A stretch of DNA of 63,032 nt, filler included, from Octopus bimaculoides (taxonomy: Eukaryota): assembly GCF_001194135.2 (NCBI RefSeq). It is 4 parts of 4 records of this genome, joined end to end, with 100 filler letters (N's around TTAATTAATTAA, not from the genome) between each part and the next. Parts side by side here need not be neighbours in the genome. Positions count along the whole stretch, not along the records: positions 1 to 21,725 come from NC_068991.1; positions 21,826 to 24,165 come from NC_069009.1; positions 24,266 to 47,777 come from NC_068988.1; 1 more part is not named here. One strand, given 5' to 3'. A model generated the notes under the pieces. It was not told where the DNA came from. It did no database searches and saw only the letters and a list, made by a program, of their open reading frames with translations. This document shows, one piece after another, positions 12,635-24,660 of this stretch (within the stretch, counting starts at the first letter, position 1; every line of letters begins with the position of its first letter). Position numbers and translations under genes: made by a program.

Positions 12635-13103
12635 TTCACATTTTGTGTACCTTACACACAGGCCTCACATAGTCTTCATGTTATGACCATCTTCACATAC
12701 ATAACATTCACATTTTGACCATCCTTACATAATCTTCCAATTTTGTGTACTTCATACAATTTTCCCAGTTCATCTATCTCACATACCTTTTACACTTTGA
12801 TCATTTTTACACATGTTGACCATCCTTACACAGTGTCTTCACATTTTGTCTCCCTCACATACAATCTTTACATTCTAACACTCCTCACATTTTTCCCCTA
12901 TACACAGTCTTCATATTGTCCCCATCTTCCCATTCATCCTGGTTTCACACACACTAATTCCTTTAAAATTTGTCCATATTTCAGTTGTATACTTTTGATG
13001 CAAACAATTTCTGTACTTTTCCTGAACTTGAGAGTCTCTTCATAGAGTCTGTCTTTATACTGTATAAAACCTCCTGTATGGTACATCATACTATTCTACC
13101 AGT

Positions 13104-13237
13104 CTAATGGACTACATTCACTTCCTTGCTGTGTTTATTCATTTCATTAAACATTTCTTGGTAAGTTTTTTTAATGCTTCGATTATGTTTTCGAACTTCA
13201 GCTTCACAAAGTTTGATGTAACGCTTAATGGCTAGGT
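13104..13237 (-). CDS. TTC9: TTC9-like, coding exon 3 (terminal)
   Basis: Acceptor TTCTTACTCTTCAG. Reads DLAIKRYIKLCEAEVRKHNRSIKKTYQEMFNEMNKHSKEVNVVH*, like the TTC9C C-terminus (D.NVRRY...Y..MF). Total CDS 621 nt = 206 aa + stop. Confidence 0.85.
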
Positions 13238-13985
13238 CTGAAGAGTAAGAAAGAAATAGAGAATATAAGAATTATTGATGATGAGAATACAGAATTACCA
13301 AAATGCTTGATGTACAAAATACTGCTAGGTTTGATAGTGAGGTCTGAAGAGTAAGAAAGAATCAGAGAATATAGGAATTAATGATGATGAGAATAAAGGA
13401 TTAGTAAACTGGCTGACATACAGAATATTGTTATATTAGGTTGAATGAAATGATAAAAGAATAAATTAAATGAATTTATACTGTTTTAGTTGTTCTAATA
13501 TTTTTCATTGTTTGTCTTTGTCAATAATTGATAGACCAATAGCGGTGTTCTGTCATAGTTGTTACAGGTTACATGATTGATACACAAAAGACTTGGATAA
13601 AAATGCGGATTGTTTATAGGGGGAAGTGGGGTATCTAGAAAGTATGAGTTTGTAATTAAAAAATTGGTTAATGTTAAATGCTTTTAAGTAAAGCTTATAG
13701 TTTTAGTCATTATGTCCTTTATGGAATAACTTTGGGTGCTAAACGTAATCCATCAGTTAAATACTTCTATAACCAAGTACTTGGATGCCTTTAGCAGACT
13801 CCATCCACTCTATTGCAAGTATTCGAACTAGATCTCTGAATCTATAAATCACTGTTTCTTCTCCTCTTACTCCAAGTCTTGAAAAGCCCTGCAAAAAGAT
13901 TAATGGTACTGCCCTTGAAGACAAACTTTATAAAAATGCATCCCCTGAATGTGATTGATATAAAGTTATGAGAGATATAATTCAC

Positions 13986-14168
13986 CTTCAGGATGTTTGT
14001 GTGAGAGAGACTGTAAATCTTCCAAAGCTTCTTCATATTTTTTCATGTGATAGAGGGCCATGCATTTTCTAAAAGCTGCCTTTAAGTTTTCAGGATAAAT
14101 AGCCAACACCAAGTCACAGTACTCTATGATGCGATCATAGTTGGTATCTTCCTTATGAAGCAGACATG
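13986..14168 (-). CDS. TTC9: TTC9-like, coding exon 2
   Basis: Polypyrimidine tract plus TAG acceptor (14170-14169). Reads (A)CLLHKEDTNYDRIIEYCDLVLAIYPENLKAAFRKCMALYHMKKYEEALEDLQSLSHKHPE, matching the TTC9C NNLAACLL...NYERV...KALYR pattern. 183 nt, phase 1 to 1, donor GTGAAT. Confidence 0.88.
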
Positions 14169-14379
14169 CTACAAGTAAAATGACAAAAAAGAGTAAACTA
14201 ATTGTATTGAAGGTTACAAGTAGAGCAATAAAAGATTTTCAATAAGCCTTAAAAATGTTTTCATATTTAATAAGTTTTGCTAGAAGTATTTTTATAGCCA
14301 AATCAAAATAAATGGAATGTTGTTCATTAACCGTTTTTGTTACTGTATTTTTGCTGGAATAAATGGCTTTTGTTTCAGT

Positions 14380-15172
14380 GAGATCCAGGAAGATGTGGTA
14401 TGAAGTGGTGAGAGAGGATCTTCAGATGTTGGGCCTCATAGAGGGGATGACAAGAGACCAAAACTTCAGGCAGTTTGCTGTGCTTGAGAAGACACATCAA
14501 TCTAAGCAAATACATGGTTGTCCTTGCATACAGGCATGTCCCCTGCATCCCTCTTCAGCTGAACTTTCCTAATCTTGTGGGCTTATGGGTACCAGTGCCA
14601 CGTAAAAGCACCCATGCCAGTGCTATGTAAAAGTATCCATGCTGGTGCCACATGAAAAGCACCTGTGTCAGTGCTGTGTAAAAACACTCAGTACACTCTG
14701 TAAAGTGGTTTGTGTTAGGAAGGGCATCCAGCAGTAGAACCCATGCCAAAACAGACAGGGAGCCTGGGCAGCTCTCCAGCTGATCAGCTCCTGTCATAAC
14801 CACCTAACCCATGCCAGGTATTATGATGGGCCTCATGAAGATAACGACCGAGACATTTGGCATTATGTTGTGCTTCAGAAGAAGACTCATCAAACCGAGG
14901 AAAACTGTGGCAGAAACTGGTGTCACACAAATTGGCACCCATGCTGGTGGCACATAAAACCACCCCATTTGTCATGCAAATGGCACCCATGCCAGTGGCA
15001 CGTAAAAACACCTATCATGCTCTTGGAGTGGTTGGTGTTAGGAAGGGCATCCAGCTGCAGAAGACTATAGCAAATCAGACTGGAGTCTGATGCAGCCTTC
15101 CAGTGTGCCAGCCTGGTCAAACCATCCAACCCATGCCAGCATGGACAATAGACGTTAAATGATGATGATACA
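14380..15172 (+). mobile_element. Two tandem RTE LINE 3' ends in TTC9-like intron 1 (antisense to the gene)
   Basis: RSRKMWYEVVREDLQMLGLIEGMTRD..FAVLEKT (14380-14500). A second copy restarts at ~14820 and ends acccatgccagcatgg...gatgatgat. Confidence 0.8.
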
Positions 15173-15199
15173 TACATATACACACACACACACAAACAT

Positions 15200-15345
15200 G
15201 CTTCTTTCAGATTCCATCTACCAAATCCACTTACAAGGCTTTGGTTAGGATGAGGCTATAGTAAAAGACACTCAATAGCAACAGTGGACTGAAGCTAAAA
15301 CTATGTGGTTGGCAAGTGAACCTCATAACCACACAGCCCCACCTA
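15200..15345 (-). mobile_element. SINE family A head
   Basis: Reverse complement of the head (ttccatctaccaaatccacttacaaggc...aaccacacagcc). Confidence 0.65.
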
Positions 15346-15773
15346 TGCATATATTGTAAATATATACTACACACACACACAGACATCTCTATCTATCTAT
15401 CTATCTATCTGCATATTCTTTCAATGAGTAATTTCCAAAATTTGTACACAAATCCATAATCATTCCAGAATAATGCAGGAATGAAAAAAAAATGTCCAAG
15501 GACTTCTTGGAGTAAAATGGAAAACTAAAGATAAGGAGATGTTGAAAAACTGATAGTTACATTGGAGTGGTAACCTCTATCCTTCCATGACTCACAATAA
15601 TTCTCTTCCCAGACACACAAACACACTCAGCTCTCTGAAATAATGCTGTACAAATGGGACATTGGAAAGCTGAAGTTATTAAAATTACTAATTTATAGTT
15701 ATATCTGTGAAACATTAGTATGCAGTTTCAAATACCATGGAAGGTAGAACACACACACACATACATGACAGAA

Positions 15774-16929
15774 GTAAATAGATACCCTTATAATCATTAT
15801 TTAAATCTGAAATTATACATTCAAATTATTTATTAATTGTTATAATGTGAATATTTAATATTTAGTAGATATGCCCATGCATTTTTCAATGCAAGGACCC
15901 TATTAGGCATGTTACTGATCAAATGACAAATATCCCCTTGCGAAATTTCTTGCCACATTTCATGCAGTAATCTCAAAAGATCTGGCTTTGAAGATACTTT
16001 CTTGTTCATTTTATGAAGTGTCTTGTCCATTATGTCCCAGAGGTGTGTAATAGGGCTCACATCTAGTGACTGGCTTGGCCATGGAATCTTTTTAATGCCA
16101 TTCTCATCCATCAAATCTTGGGTTATTGTAGCCGTGTGACAGGAGCCCCATCTTCTATGAATAAAGAGTCTTCTTTAATCATTTCATCACTGGGGAATAT
16201 TGGAAGGAGTCCTTTCTACAATATGGACACATTTATCTAAGTTTATGTTTCCCTACAACTCCACCAGCTCTGATCAACTATTGCTTCAAATTGCTCCCCA
16301 GACCATCACAGAATCGCTGCTGTGTTTCATTGTTGGTTGCAATCTTTTCACATCAAATTCTTGATCACAGAGTCTCCAGACCCACCCTCGACCACTGTCA
16401 GGAAATACATCAAATCTGGACTCATCAGAGAATATGACAGTGTCCCAAAATGGTAGTAGCTTCTCCACTATCTTACTGGCCCAATCTTTTCTCTGCTTGA
16501 TGTTAGCTGGTTGAAGTGGTTTCCATCTTGCTGCCCTGCCATAGTAACCAAGTTTGTGGAGATACCTGACAGCTGTTCTGGGATTGACATCAACTTGTTC
16601 TAATATGTCAGAAGCCTTGCAACGAGGATTATCTGACACACTTCTCTTAACAAAGAGAAGGGTCCTGTCAGAGGTCCCTGGTTGACCTGGGCGAGGTGAT
16701 GTGGATTCCTTCCCAGCTCTGGTAAATTGTAAAATCACTCTATTAACTGTAGAAAGCGGGATCCCAAGGTTTTCTGCCGTCAGAATGACTCACAATACGG
16801 CCTCTTTTCTACATGGCATGATTAAACAGTCATATATAAAACCTGAAACATAAAAATGTCGATTAATAAAAATATAAATCTTTAGAAGTTAGAATAAACA
16901 TAAAACGATGTTTTATGGGGTGTCTATTT

Positions 16930-16931
<2 letters not shown>
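15774..16931 (-). mobile_element. Decayed Tc1/mariner (DD34E-type) transposon in TTC9-like intron 1
   Basis: HTH region, [20 protein letters not shown] and WPSQSLDVSPITHLW (WPxQSPDLNPIExxW) with frameshifts. Imperfect inverted repeat gtaaatagataccct (15774) / ggggtgtctatttac (16917-16931). Confidence 0.88.
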
Positions 16932-16971
<40 letters not shown>

Positions 16972-17330
16972 ATATATTATCTATATAACATTCGGCAGGC
17001 CAGCAACAGACAGACAGATACTTCACTAGCAGTGAGCACTTTCACTTCTGACAGCTAATAGCATGACAGTGCCTAACATTCATGTAATATATAGCTTATA
17101 CTATGAATTATGTGTGTTAAATTATATATAAAATATATATTACATATTTTAATTGCATATATAACACACACATGATATATATATATATAATTATGGTTGA
17201 AGTCGGTTACTTTTCCATACCCGAACAAACGGAAATCTTCAATCGGTGAACCAGCAAAGAACAAAGGAAGGTTTAATGTGTGTGTTTATATGTATATTTA
17301 TATATTTATAAAACAAAAAATAGTACAAAC

Positions 17331-17634
17331 CAGCCAAATTATTGTAGCAATCGGCCTGAATAGCTGAAATGGTTTGACGATAATCTACTGGGACGTTGTA
17401 AGAAGGAAATGAGTCTTGTAACTGTTGGAGACTCTCGGCGAGAGGACGACAAACGTTGTCCATATTCAGCTTCAGCTGAAGTAATGCTCGGTGATACTTG
17501 CCAGTTGCCTGTCTGTACTTCTTCTCTTTATAAAATTCGTTACCTTCATTCTTCAACGTCTTCGCAGTTTTAATGCGTTCGTCAATATTCTGTTTATATT
17601 TCACATCAATTAGCGAACTGTCAGGGTTGGCCAT
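17331..17634 (-). CDS. TTC9: TTC9/TTC9C-like tetratricopeptide repeat protein, coding exon 1
   Basis: MANPDSS...AKTLKNEGNEFYKEKKYRQATGKYHRALLQLK...CYNNLA is a typical TTC9/FKBP-type first TPR. The exon ends G|GTTTGT (phase-1 donor at 17330-17329). 304 nt = 101 codons + 1. Confidence 0.88.
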
Positions 17635-20600
17635 CTTCTCTAACCGGTGTCATGTGAAATATAATGTCTTTGAAATAAAATTTCACTAATTTTTATGGAT
17701 TGTATTTGCCATTGCCATCACAGGCATTTCCCCCAAAATAGTTTTATGCTAGTATAAAATTTGTAGGAGTCTACGCAGGGGAGGATAGTGCCCGTTATCT
17801 TTGTTTGCATATGATGCTTTTTCACGATGATGTACAGCCTGAATAGCTACAGGTAAAACGTTCTGGGAATGGAACCAGGTATTGGTTGATCTGTATGTTT
17901 GTAAAAAAAGGATTCTATCAAAGAAACCCAAGACCGACACTAAATAATAATTACTAGAGTAATTACGAGGGCGTTCACATAAAGTAAGTTTGCACTCTGC
18001 TATTGGTCTACTATGCAGATGATATACCTGAGCTATTCTCCTCGGGCTTTATATTGTTTTGTCCAACCAACTGTATACGTCCACATCCTTGTGGATACAC
18101 AACTATTTTCCTGTGGCTATTTATCTCGGAGACGCATGAATTATTCTTCCTTAAATAATTTATTAAAAACTATGTTCAAAGATCTCATTATGTCTTTCTC
18201 TTCTCAACGTTACTTACTATGTATTTTAATTGATTGGGACTTTCGTATGTGAGTGTGATAGTTCAGTTTGAGCACGTCATGTCCTTAGTTGTGTTATTTC
18301 GGATTCTGCTGCATTATGTGTAAAACAAATAACGGTTTCTAAATACTGAACGTTTATATCTACCAAATTTATTATTATTCGTTCACAGTCACACGGCTTC
18401 AGATTCACCAAATCTACACAAATACTCAATAACTAGAATATGTTTTTCAATTAGTTGCATTTAAAATCACTGTTGTTTCCGATTATTTATCAACCATTTT
18501 TTTTTTGCCTTTAAAAACCTATTAAAACAACTAGGAACTGCAAAAACACCAATGAACTCATTTACTACTCTACAAGGCAATGATGCCAACCATCTTTTAT
18601 CTCCGATAATCTATTTTCAAGCGAACTGACTTTTGATTTTTAATACTATCTGCATATATTTTTATACAAACTGCCTATAAGTAAAGAAATAACAGAGTGT
18701 AAGACCTTGGGAATAATACCACAGCCTAGTGTATCGATATACCTACGATCTAAACGTTTAAATGCCGATCCGCTCAACAAAGATCTGTAGAATTAATTTT
18801 ATTTCGATTTGTCTCCCTTGCCTTACTTTGGTTTTCTATTACTTTGTTCGACGTGGTGTACCTCATCTCTGGGCTGTGATGGCCATGATTAATTAAAATT
18901 ATCGTACACGCTTTCATATAGTGAGAGTTATCATGCTTTCGTAATCAAAACGATCTTGCCCCCTCTGGTGCAATAAAGAAAAAAAGCAATGTAACATATT
19001 AATAGAATTAAGCTAAGGAAACTAAATTAACGTGTTACAGTAAATAAATATATGAAATAAAATTCTTAAAAAATAACAAGTCTCGGTCCCTAAAAGTGAT
19101 GTTTAATCATCTTCAAGTGTTGATGTAACATTTATGTAGTGTTAGTTCTTTTAGTTGTTATATATATAAATATATATATATATANNNNNNNNNNNNNNNN
19201 NNNNNNNNNNNNNNNNNNNNNNNNNNNNNNNNNNNNNNNNNNNNNNNNNNNNNNNNNNNNNNNNNNNNNNNNNNNNNNNNNNNNNNNNNNATATATGTAA
19301 TGGTTGAAGAATAATTGATAAACAATAGGATGGAACGTCGGAGTCTTCACTAATTGTAACGGTTGTTGTTAAGGCGTTGGTTGCCAGTATGCAAGTTGGA
19401 AGAAGAGCAATGATTGAAGTTGTAAAGAGATATTTATTTACCGTTACTTTAATATATACCATACCACAACGGGTAGGCTAGTGTAATAGTATTACACAGT
19501 TCGTAAAGCATGCAAGGTAAAAAGTGTTAATTTTGGCCTGTATATGTGTGTACATGATCTCGTAGTATATAGAGAGATATATGGTAATGTTGCAAAGAAA
19601 AGAAATTGAGCTAGTGAAAGTAAGAGAGTGTGGGACGAGACAGCTTCTACGTTGGTTAATTCCTTAGTTGTCACTCTGTGAAGTTACTTCAGTCGAGACG
19701 GCATTTCGCTTGAGCCAGTCAGCCACCTCTCTGTCAGTTGCTCTCACTAACTGACTTTAGCTTACGGAGTTCTTGTTCTTATAACTATCCAAAACTAGTT
19801 AGAAAGATGGACACATTGTTGAGAACAGTAGATTTCATTGGTGGTACCTATTATCTCTACTCTAACAGGTTAGAAGAGTCAAGTGGAGAAGACATTATTT
19901 TGCTTAGTGAAGGCATCTGGCAAATGTAACTGCTGTTTTACTGCAAGAAAAGTGCTGTTGAACTGTTAAGTTAAATTTGCCTATCGAGTATCAAATCCAC
20001 ACTATGCCTGCATGAAGTTCACTACAGCACTCCCCCTCCAGAGAGGTTCTGAGAAAAGAAAACTAATGATCGAGGAAGAGAAAGAAATGCATGGCTGAGG
20101 AAAAATTTTGCATATCAGGAAAGAGGATCATTGAAGTGTATATGGGACAGATATTTATTCAAATGAGTCTGAATAGTGGTGTTGCTTTGCATGCCAGAAT
20201 GTGCAGTACAGAAAATAAGTTAGTGCATGCGTGCACATGAGGGTGTATACATGAGTGCCGGTGCACGTATCAAAATTCACTGTAAAATAAGCTCAGGTGA
20301 GCAAGTGAGTGTATTCTCAATCCATGATATCGAAGATCTTCCTGCAGCATTGCAGTGTGTGAAATGCCTTGAAGGTTTTTCAGAAGTGAAATGTGTCTGG
20401 TGTTGTTGTCATGGTTAATTGCTGAGGTTAACAAGAATGACAATGAAGCATGCTGGAGTAATGCACGAGACAGATAATTTTCCCCATTCATTGCGTGACC
20501 AAACAGGGGTCTAACAGAGGGAAATTATGTCTAAACATGAGCACAAAGAGCATGTGAACATCTGACGTATATTGAGTCTGGAAAAAAGCTGAGCTGAGCT

Positions 20601-21087
20601 GGCACAGATGTAGCAAAAAACAAGGCAGTAGAGGCATAATAGAGTTGCGTGTGCATGTGTGCAAAAGGGATCATGGCTGAGGTAGTATGCTAGTGCAGTG
20701 ATTCCAAATACAGTGTACAAGTGTTGAACATGCCAGTGATTAAGGCAGTGCTGAATATGCCAGCCAATGCACATAGTATTAAATGCCTTGAAATGTGCAA
20801 GAGCAGAAGCTTGGCATGCTGGCGCTTTGTAAGGGACAGACAACTTTCTCTATGCATACGTAACTGACCTAGAGTCTTACAAAGACAAGTTGTGTCTACA
20901 AGGGCGCAGGGAGCATGAAAAACAAGTGAGAAAAGCATGTGTGGTGCATGAATGTGACAGTGTTAACATGTATCTGTTAAGTGAAATTTGGCTATCGAGG
21001 ATATAATCCATGCTATGCCTGCATGAAGTTCACTACATATATCTACATATATACATATTTATTTTTTTATATATATATATATATAGC

Positions 21088-21580
21088 TTATATTCATTTA
21101 AAAGAAGAAAATGGAAATTAGGAAGTTAATAATTGTTTATTATCAACAGCAAATTTGTTACCTTTCACAGCTGTTTCTATTAATACTCAATAAACATTAA
21201 CTTAACATTTATGCGACATGAGTGTGTGAATTCATTTTAGTAGAATCTGCTAAAATGAATTCACAAACACACATATACCATCCAAAGGTGCACTTTTTCT
21301 CTCTGATGATATGCTCATGTTGCATAAATGTAAATTTAATGTTTATTGAATGTTAATAGAAATGGCTGTAAGTAAAGATGACCAATTTGCTGCTAATGAT
21401 AAACAATTATTAACTTTCTAATCTCCATTTTCTTCTTTTAAATGAATATAAACTCTATGTTTTTATATATACCTATTATTTTAAGGAAATTCATTCCCCC
21501 AAAATACTAGGTATTGATGCAGTATTTCCTTGAATGAAACCATCCCTTCATGAAGTTAACACAATCTCTAATTAAATTTA
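21088..21580. repeat. Foldback / long inverted-repeat element, copy 2
   Basis: Palindrome 21088-21451 centred at ~21245. Outer arms and right flank are homologous to copy 1. Confidence 0.8.
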
Positions 21581-21927
21581 TATATATATAGTCAATTTGA
21601 TGAAGTTAGATCCACATTAGGGATTATATAATCCAAAAGATTCCGCTGGTTATTCACTATCATATATTGTGAAAGTCACTGCTATATGTTAGAGATTACT
21701 GTAGTAATACATATTATTAATATATNNNNNNNNNNNNNNNNNNNNNNNNNNNNNNNNNNNNNNNNNNNNTTAATTAATTAANNNNNNNNNNNNNNNNNNN
21801 NNNNNNNNNNNNNNNNNNNNNNNNNAAAACATAAAAAGTGGAAGAGAAATGCCTACGTTTCACATAGTTCAATATCATTTTATATTAAAAAAAACTTTAA
21901 GCATATGCATATTGCATGGATGTAGTG

Positions 21928-21973
21928 ATATCCAACCGGTTTTCGCTATTTTAATTAGCTTTTCAAGGGACAT
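21928..21973 (-). ncRNA. Degenerate minimal type I hammerhead-like motif 3' of the PLE GIY-YIG ORF
   Basis: ATGTCC-CTTGAAAA-GCTA(attaaaa)TAGC-GAAA-ACCGGT-T-GGATAT: stem I, stem II and palindromic stem III are present; the core is mutated. Confidence 0.5.
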
Positions 21974-22114
21974 TGTGAAGTAATCAATTTTTTTGACAAA
22001 GAGGCCTCGCCATTTGGGATGCTTGAAAAATAAGTATGAGTCTAGAGTGTGGTCTAAGGGAGGTAATATGTGGCAGGGGGGACAACTAACTCCTCAGTAT
22101 AATTTTTGAAGTGG

Positions 22115-22760
22115 TCAAGTTTGTATATTAAGGTGTGGTCTGTACTTTTGTATGAACAGGCTTTCCTTGTTCTGGCGTTCTTTTAAGGAGATCGAATCTT
22201 TGCACTGGTATAATGGAAATATATGGGAATTCAGTGTTTTATTTCTTGTGCATCTGTCGATAGGTTCGTTCAGGGCTATCTGCCTGTATTGAGGAAAGCG
22301 AATCTGTTCTTTATGCAGCGTGACTCTGCCTCTCAAAGTTAGGCTCGTTTGGCCCATATAATTGTGGCCACAACCTGAGCAGGTTAGGACATGGATAAGC
22401 TTCTGGAAAGCACATATGAAGTTGGTCTTAATTGAGAATTTTTCTCCTTGCTGGAATGTGAATTCTGAGCCTTCAGTTAGATATGGGCATGTACTACAAT
22501 TGGGTCCTCTGCATGTTTTAACTGTTGGTATCGCATGTAATGAATATAGTTTTGCATTTGTTAGGAGTCTCTTGAGTGGTTTTGTTGCCTTTTGCATTTG
22601 ATGTGTTTATGTGTATTTAGGATGTTCCTTTTCGGCTCTTGAGTGAGCAAAGGGCGATTGTGTATAATTGTGTTGTATGCTTCCTTGTTTCTGGGAATTG
22701 TGGGTTGATATGTATGGAAGTGACTTAAAATGAGGTGAAAAGGAGATACTCTTTTGAATA
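22115..22760 (-). mobile_element. Penelope-like element 3' fragment (RT linker + GIY-YIG endonuclease)
   Basis: LPYISTHN, C.GPNCSTC, LIHVLTCSGCGHNYMGQT...R...H...E..FIQKYRPHLN. Confidence 0.88.
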
Positions 22761-22779
22761 TGTTCGTTTGTAGTAGATG

Positions 22780-23340
22780 TCGGTTGCAGTTTGGTTGTTG
22801 GATTAACGAATCTGGACCAACACCCCAATATACTCCTCCGGGGTGTCTTCAACGTTCCAAATGTTAAATGTCCTGAAGGCCACATCCTCTCTGGAATATC
22901 ACCGCATGAACAAAACCAAGCAATATCATTGCTGGAGTTTTCTAGCATGCTGTTTATGGAGCAAGTGATACTCCAACCAATGAAGGGAAGCAATATTTTG
23001 GATGTCTGCTTCACAAACAATGTGAAGGTAACTCCAACAACTCTCTCGGATGATAACATTATAGAATTAACAATGTATGGAACTGCTGGCATCAATCCTA
23101 TCAGGAAGAATCTAGCCATATCCAGCCTAAATTTCCACAAAGCAAACTGGAAATCAATCTGCAAAGAGATCAACAATCAAAATTGGCCTGACATCCTGTC
23201 TATACGAGACATTGACCTAAAACTATGTCACTTTATGTCGACTGTGCACTAAATATGTACCAGAAAGAAAGGCCAGCATACATATAAATAGAATCCTCAG
23301 AAACAGGAAAATCATTATGAGACACAAAACAAATGTCTCA
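22780..23340 (+). mobile_element. CR1/L2-like LINE, AP-endonuclease C-terminal fragment
   Basis: G.FNVP, NILDVCFTN, LSDDNII, LNFHKANW, KYVPERK motifs. Confidence 0.75.
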
Positions 23341-23975
23341 AGAATATGGTTATCTATATCACCATTACATAAGAGAAAATTGGAAAAGATACCTAGATGA
23401 CTTTTTTTATCATTTGGAAGGAGACCCTTGATAAACTTTTGGAATTGAAATGAACATTAATGATATAAACAATAACATTCAATTCACAATGGAATATTAC
23501 AAAGAACAACTCCCATTTTTGGATATTATGATAAAAAGTCAAGAACCAAATTATAACTGACATCTATAACTACATCAGCGAACTCGAAACAATATCTTCT
23601 TTTTAGCTCATGCCATCTGAAACGCATCAAAATAAATATCCCTTCTTAATTTGTCAAAAAAGGATTTGCACAACAGTGTCTGATAGAACTACTCGGGATC
23701 TTCGTCTTCAAGACCTCTAAACAACCTAAGTGAAAGACAATATCCACCCTCACTTATGGACGATACAATTAAGTGTGCCAAGAAATTATACTTAACACTA
23801 AGGACAGCAAAACATAACACCAAACCTCATCTCAGAACACTACTGTATATATTAACTCACAACCCAAGAAACAATGAGTCATACAGTACTATTGTGCAAA
23901 ATCGCCTTTACTACATAGAGACCCAAAACTGAACAACATCCTGAAAGCACATAAATTCATCAAATGCAAAAAGTA
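23340..23975 (+). mobile_element. Penelope-like RT palm/thumb fragment
   Basis: YGYLYHHYIRENWKRYLDD, FLDIMI, TDIY, RICTTVSD, RQYPP and THNPRN across frameshifts. Same family as 1800-2690 and 22115-22760. Confidence 0.82.
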
Positions 23976-24265
23976 ACAAAAATATAAAATGTGCTGTTTG
24001 TAATTTATTGTCTTCCGATAAGAAAAAAATCCGCATCATTCCGTCTCAAAAGATTACTATCGCCGTTGAAAGCATACTTTTTGTACTTACTACAGATTGA
24101 TTGAAACTAACTTGCTTCCTACACTTCGATACTTGGATCTTATATTTACTTGTATATATAGTATANNNNNNNNNNNNNNNNNNNNNNNNNNNNNNNNNNN
24201 NNNNNNNNNTTAATTAATTAANNNNNNNNNNNNNNNNNNNNNNNNNNNNNNNNNNNNNNNNNNNN

Positions 24266-24367
<102 letters not shown>

Positions 24368-24660
24368 TGGCGAGCTAAGACAGTGGATGCTTAGCAGTAT
24401 TCCGTCAGTCTTTACTTTCTGAGTTCAAATTCCGCCGAGGTCGATTTTGCCTTTAATCCTTTCGGTGTGGATAAACTCTGGAATCGATATAAATCGACTT
24501 ACCCCTCTCCCGAACTTTCTCACCTTAAGCTAAAATTTGAAACCACTATTAATTATTATTATCATTATTAGGTGGTCAGCTAACAGAATCATTCGCATGC
24601 CGGGCAAAATACTTAGCAGCATTTCATCTGTCTGGGTTCAAACTCCGCCGAGGTCGCTCA
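24368..24660 (+). mobile_element. SINE family B (GGCGAGCTGGCAGAATCG head), two tandem pieces after (ATT)n
   Basis: ttctgagttcaaattccgccgaggtcga... B-box-like core shared with the 51.3-52.2 kb copies. Confidence 0.72.

Noticed and set aside
17760-17875. Possible divergent first exon upstream of the TTC9-like gene (…CTACAG|GTAAAA)
   Set aside because: Donor-like site only; no recognisable protein and no downstream exon found.
17963-18230. tacgagggcgttca mariner-like left TIR
   Set aside because: No matching right TIR could be located.
21770-21781. TTAATTAATTAA island inside N-runs (also 24210-24221 and 47822-47833)
   Set aside because: Each is flanked by exactly 44 N on both sides (100-nt block) and has stops in all six frames. 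It is an assembly gap linker, not biology; order and distance across these gaps are uncertain.
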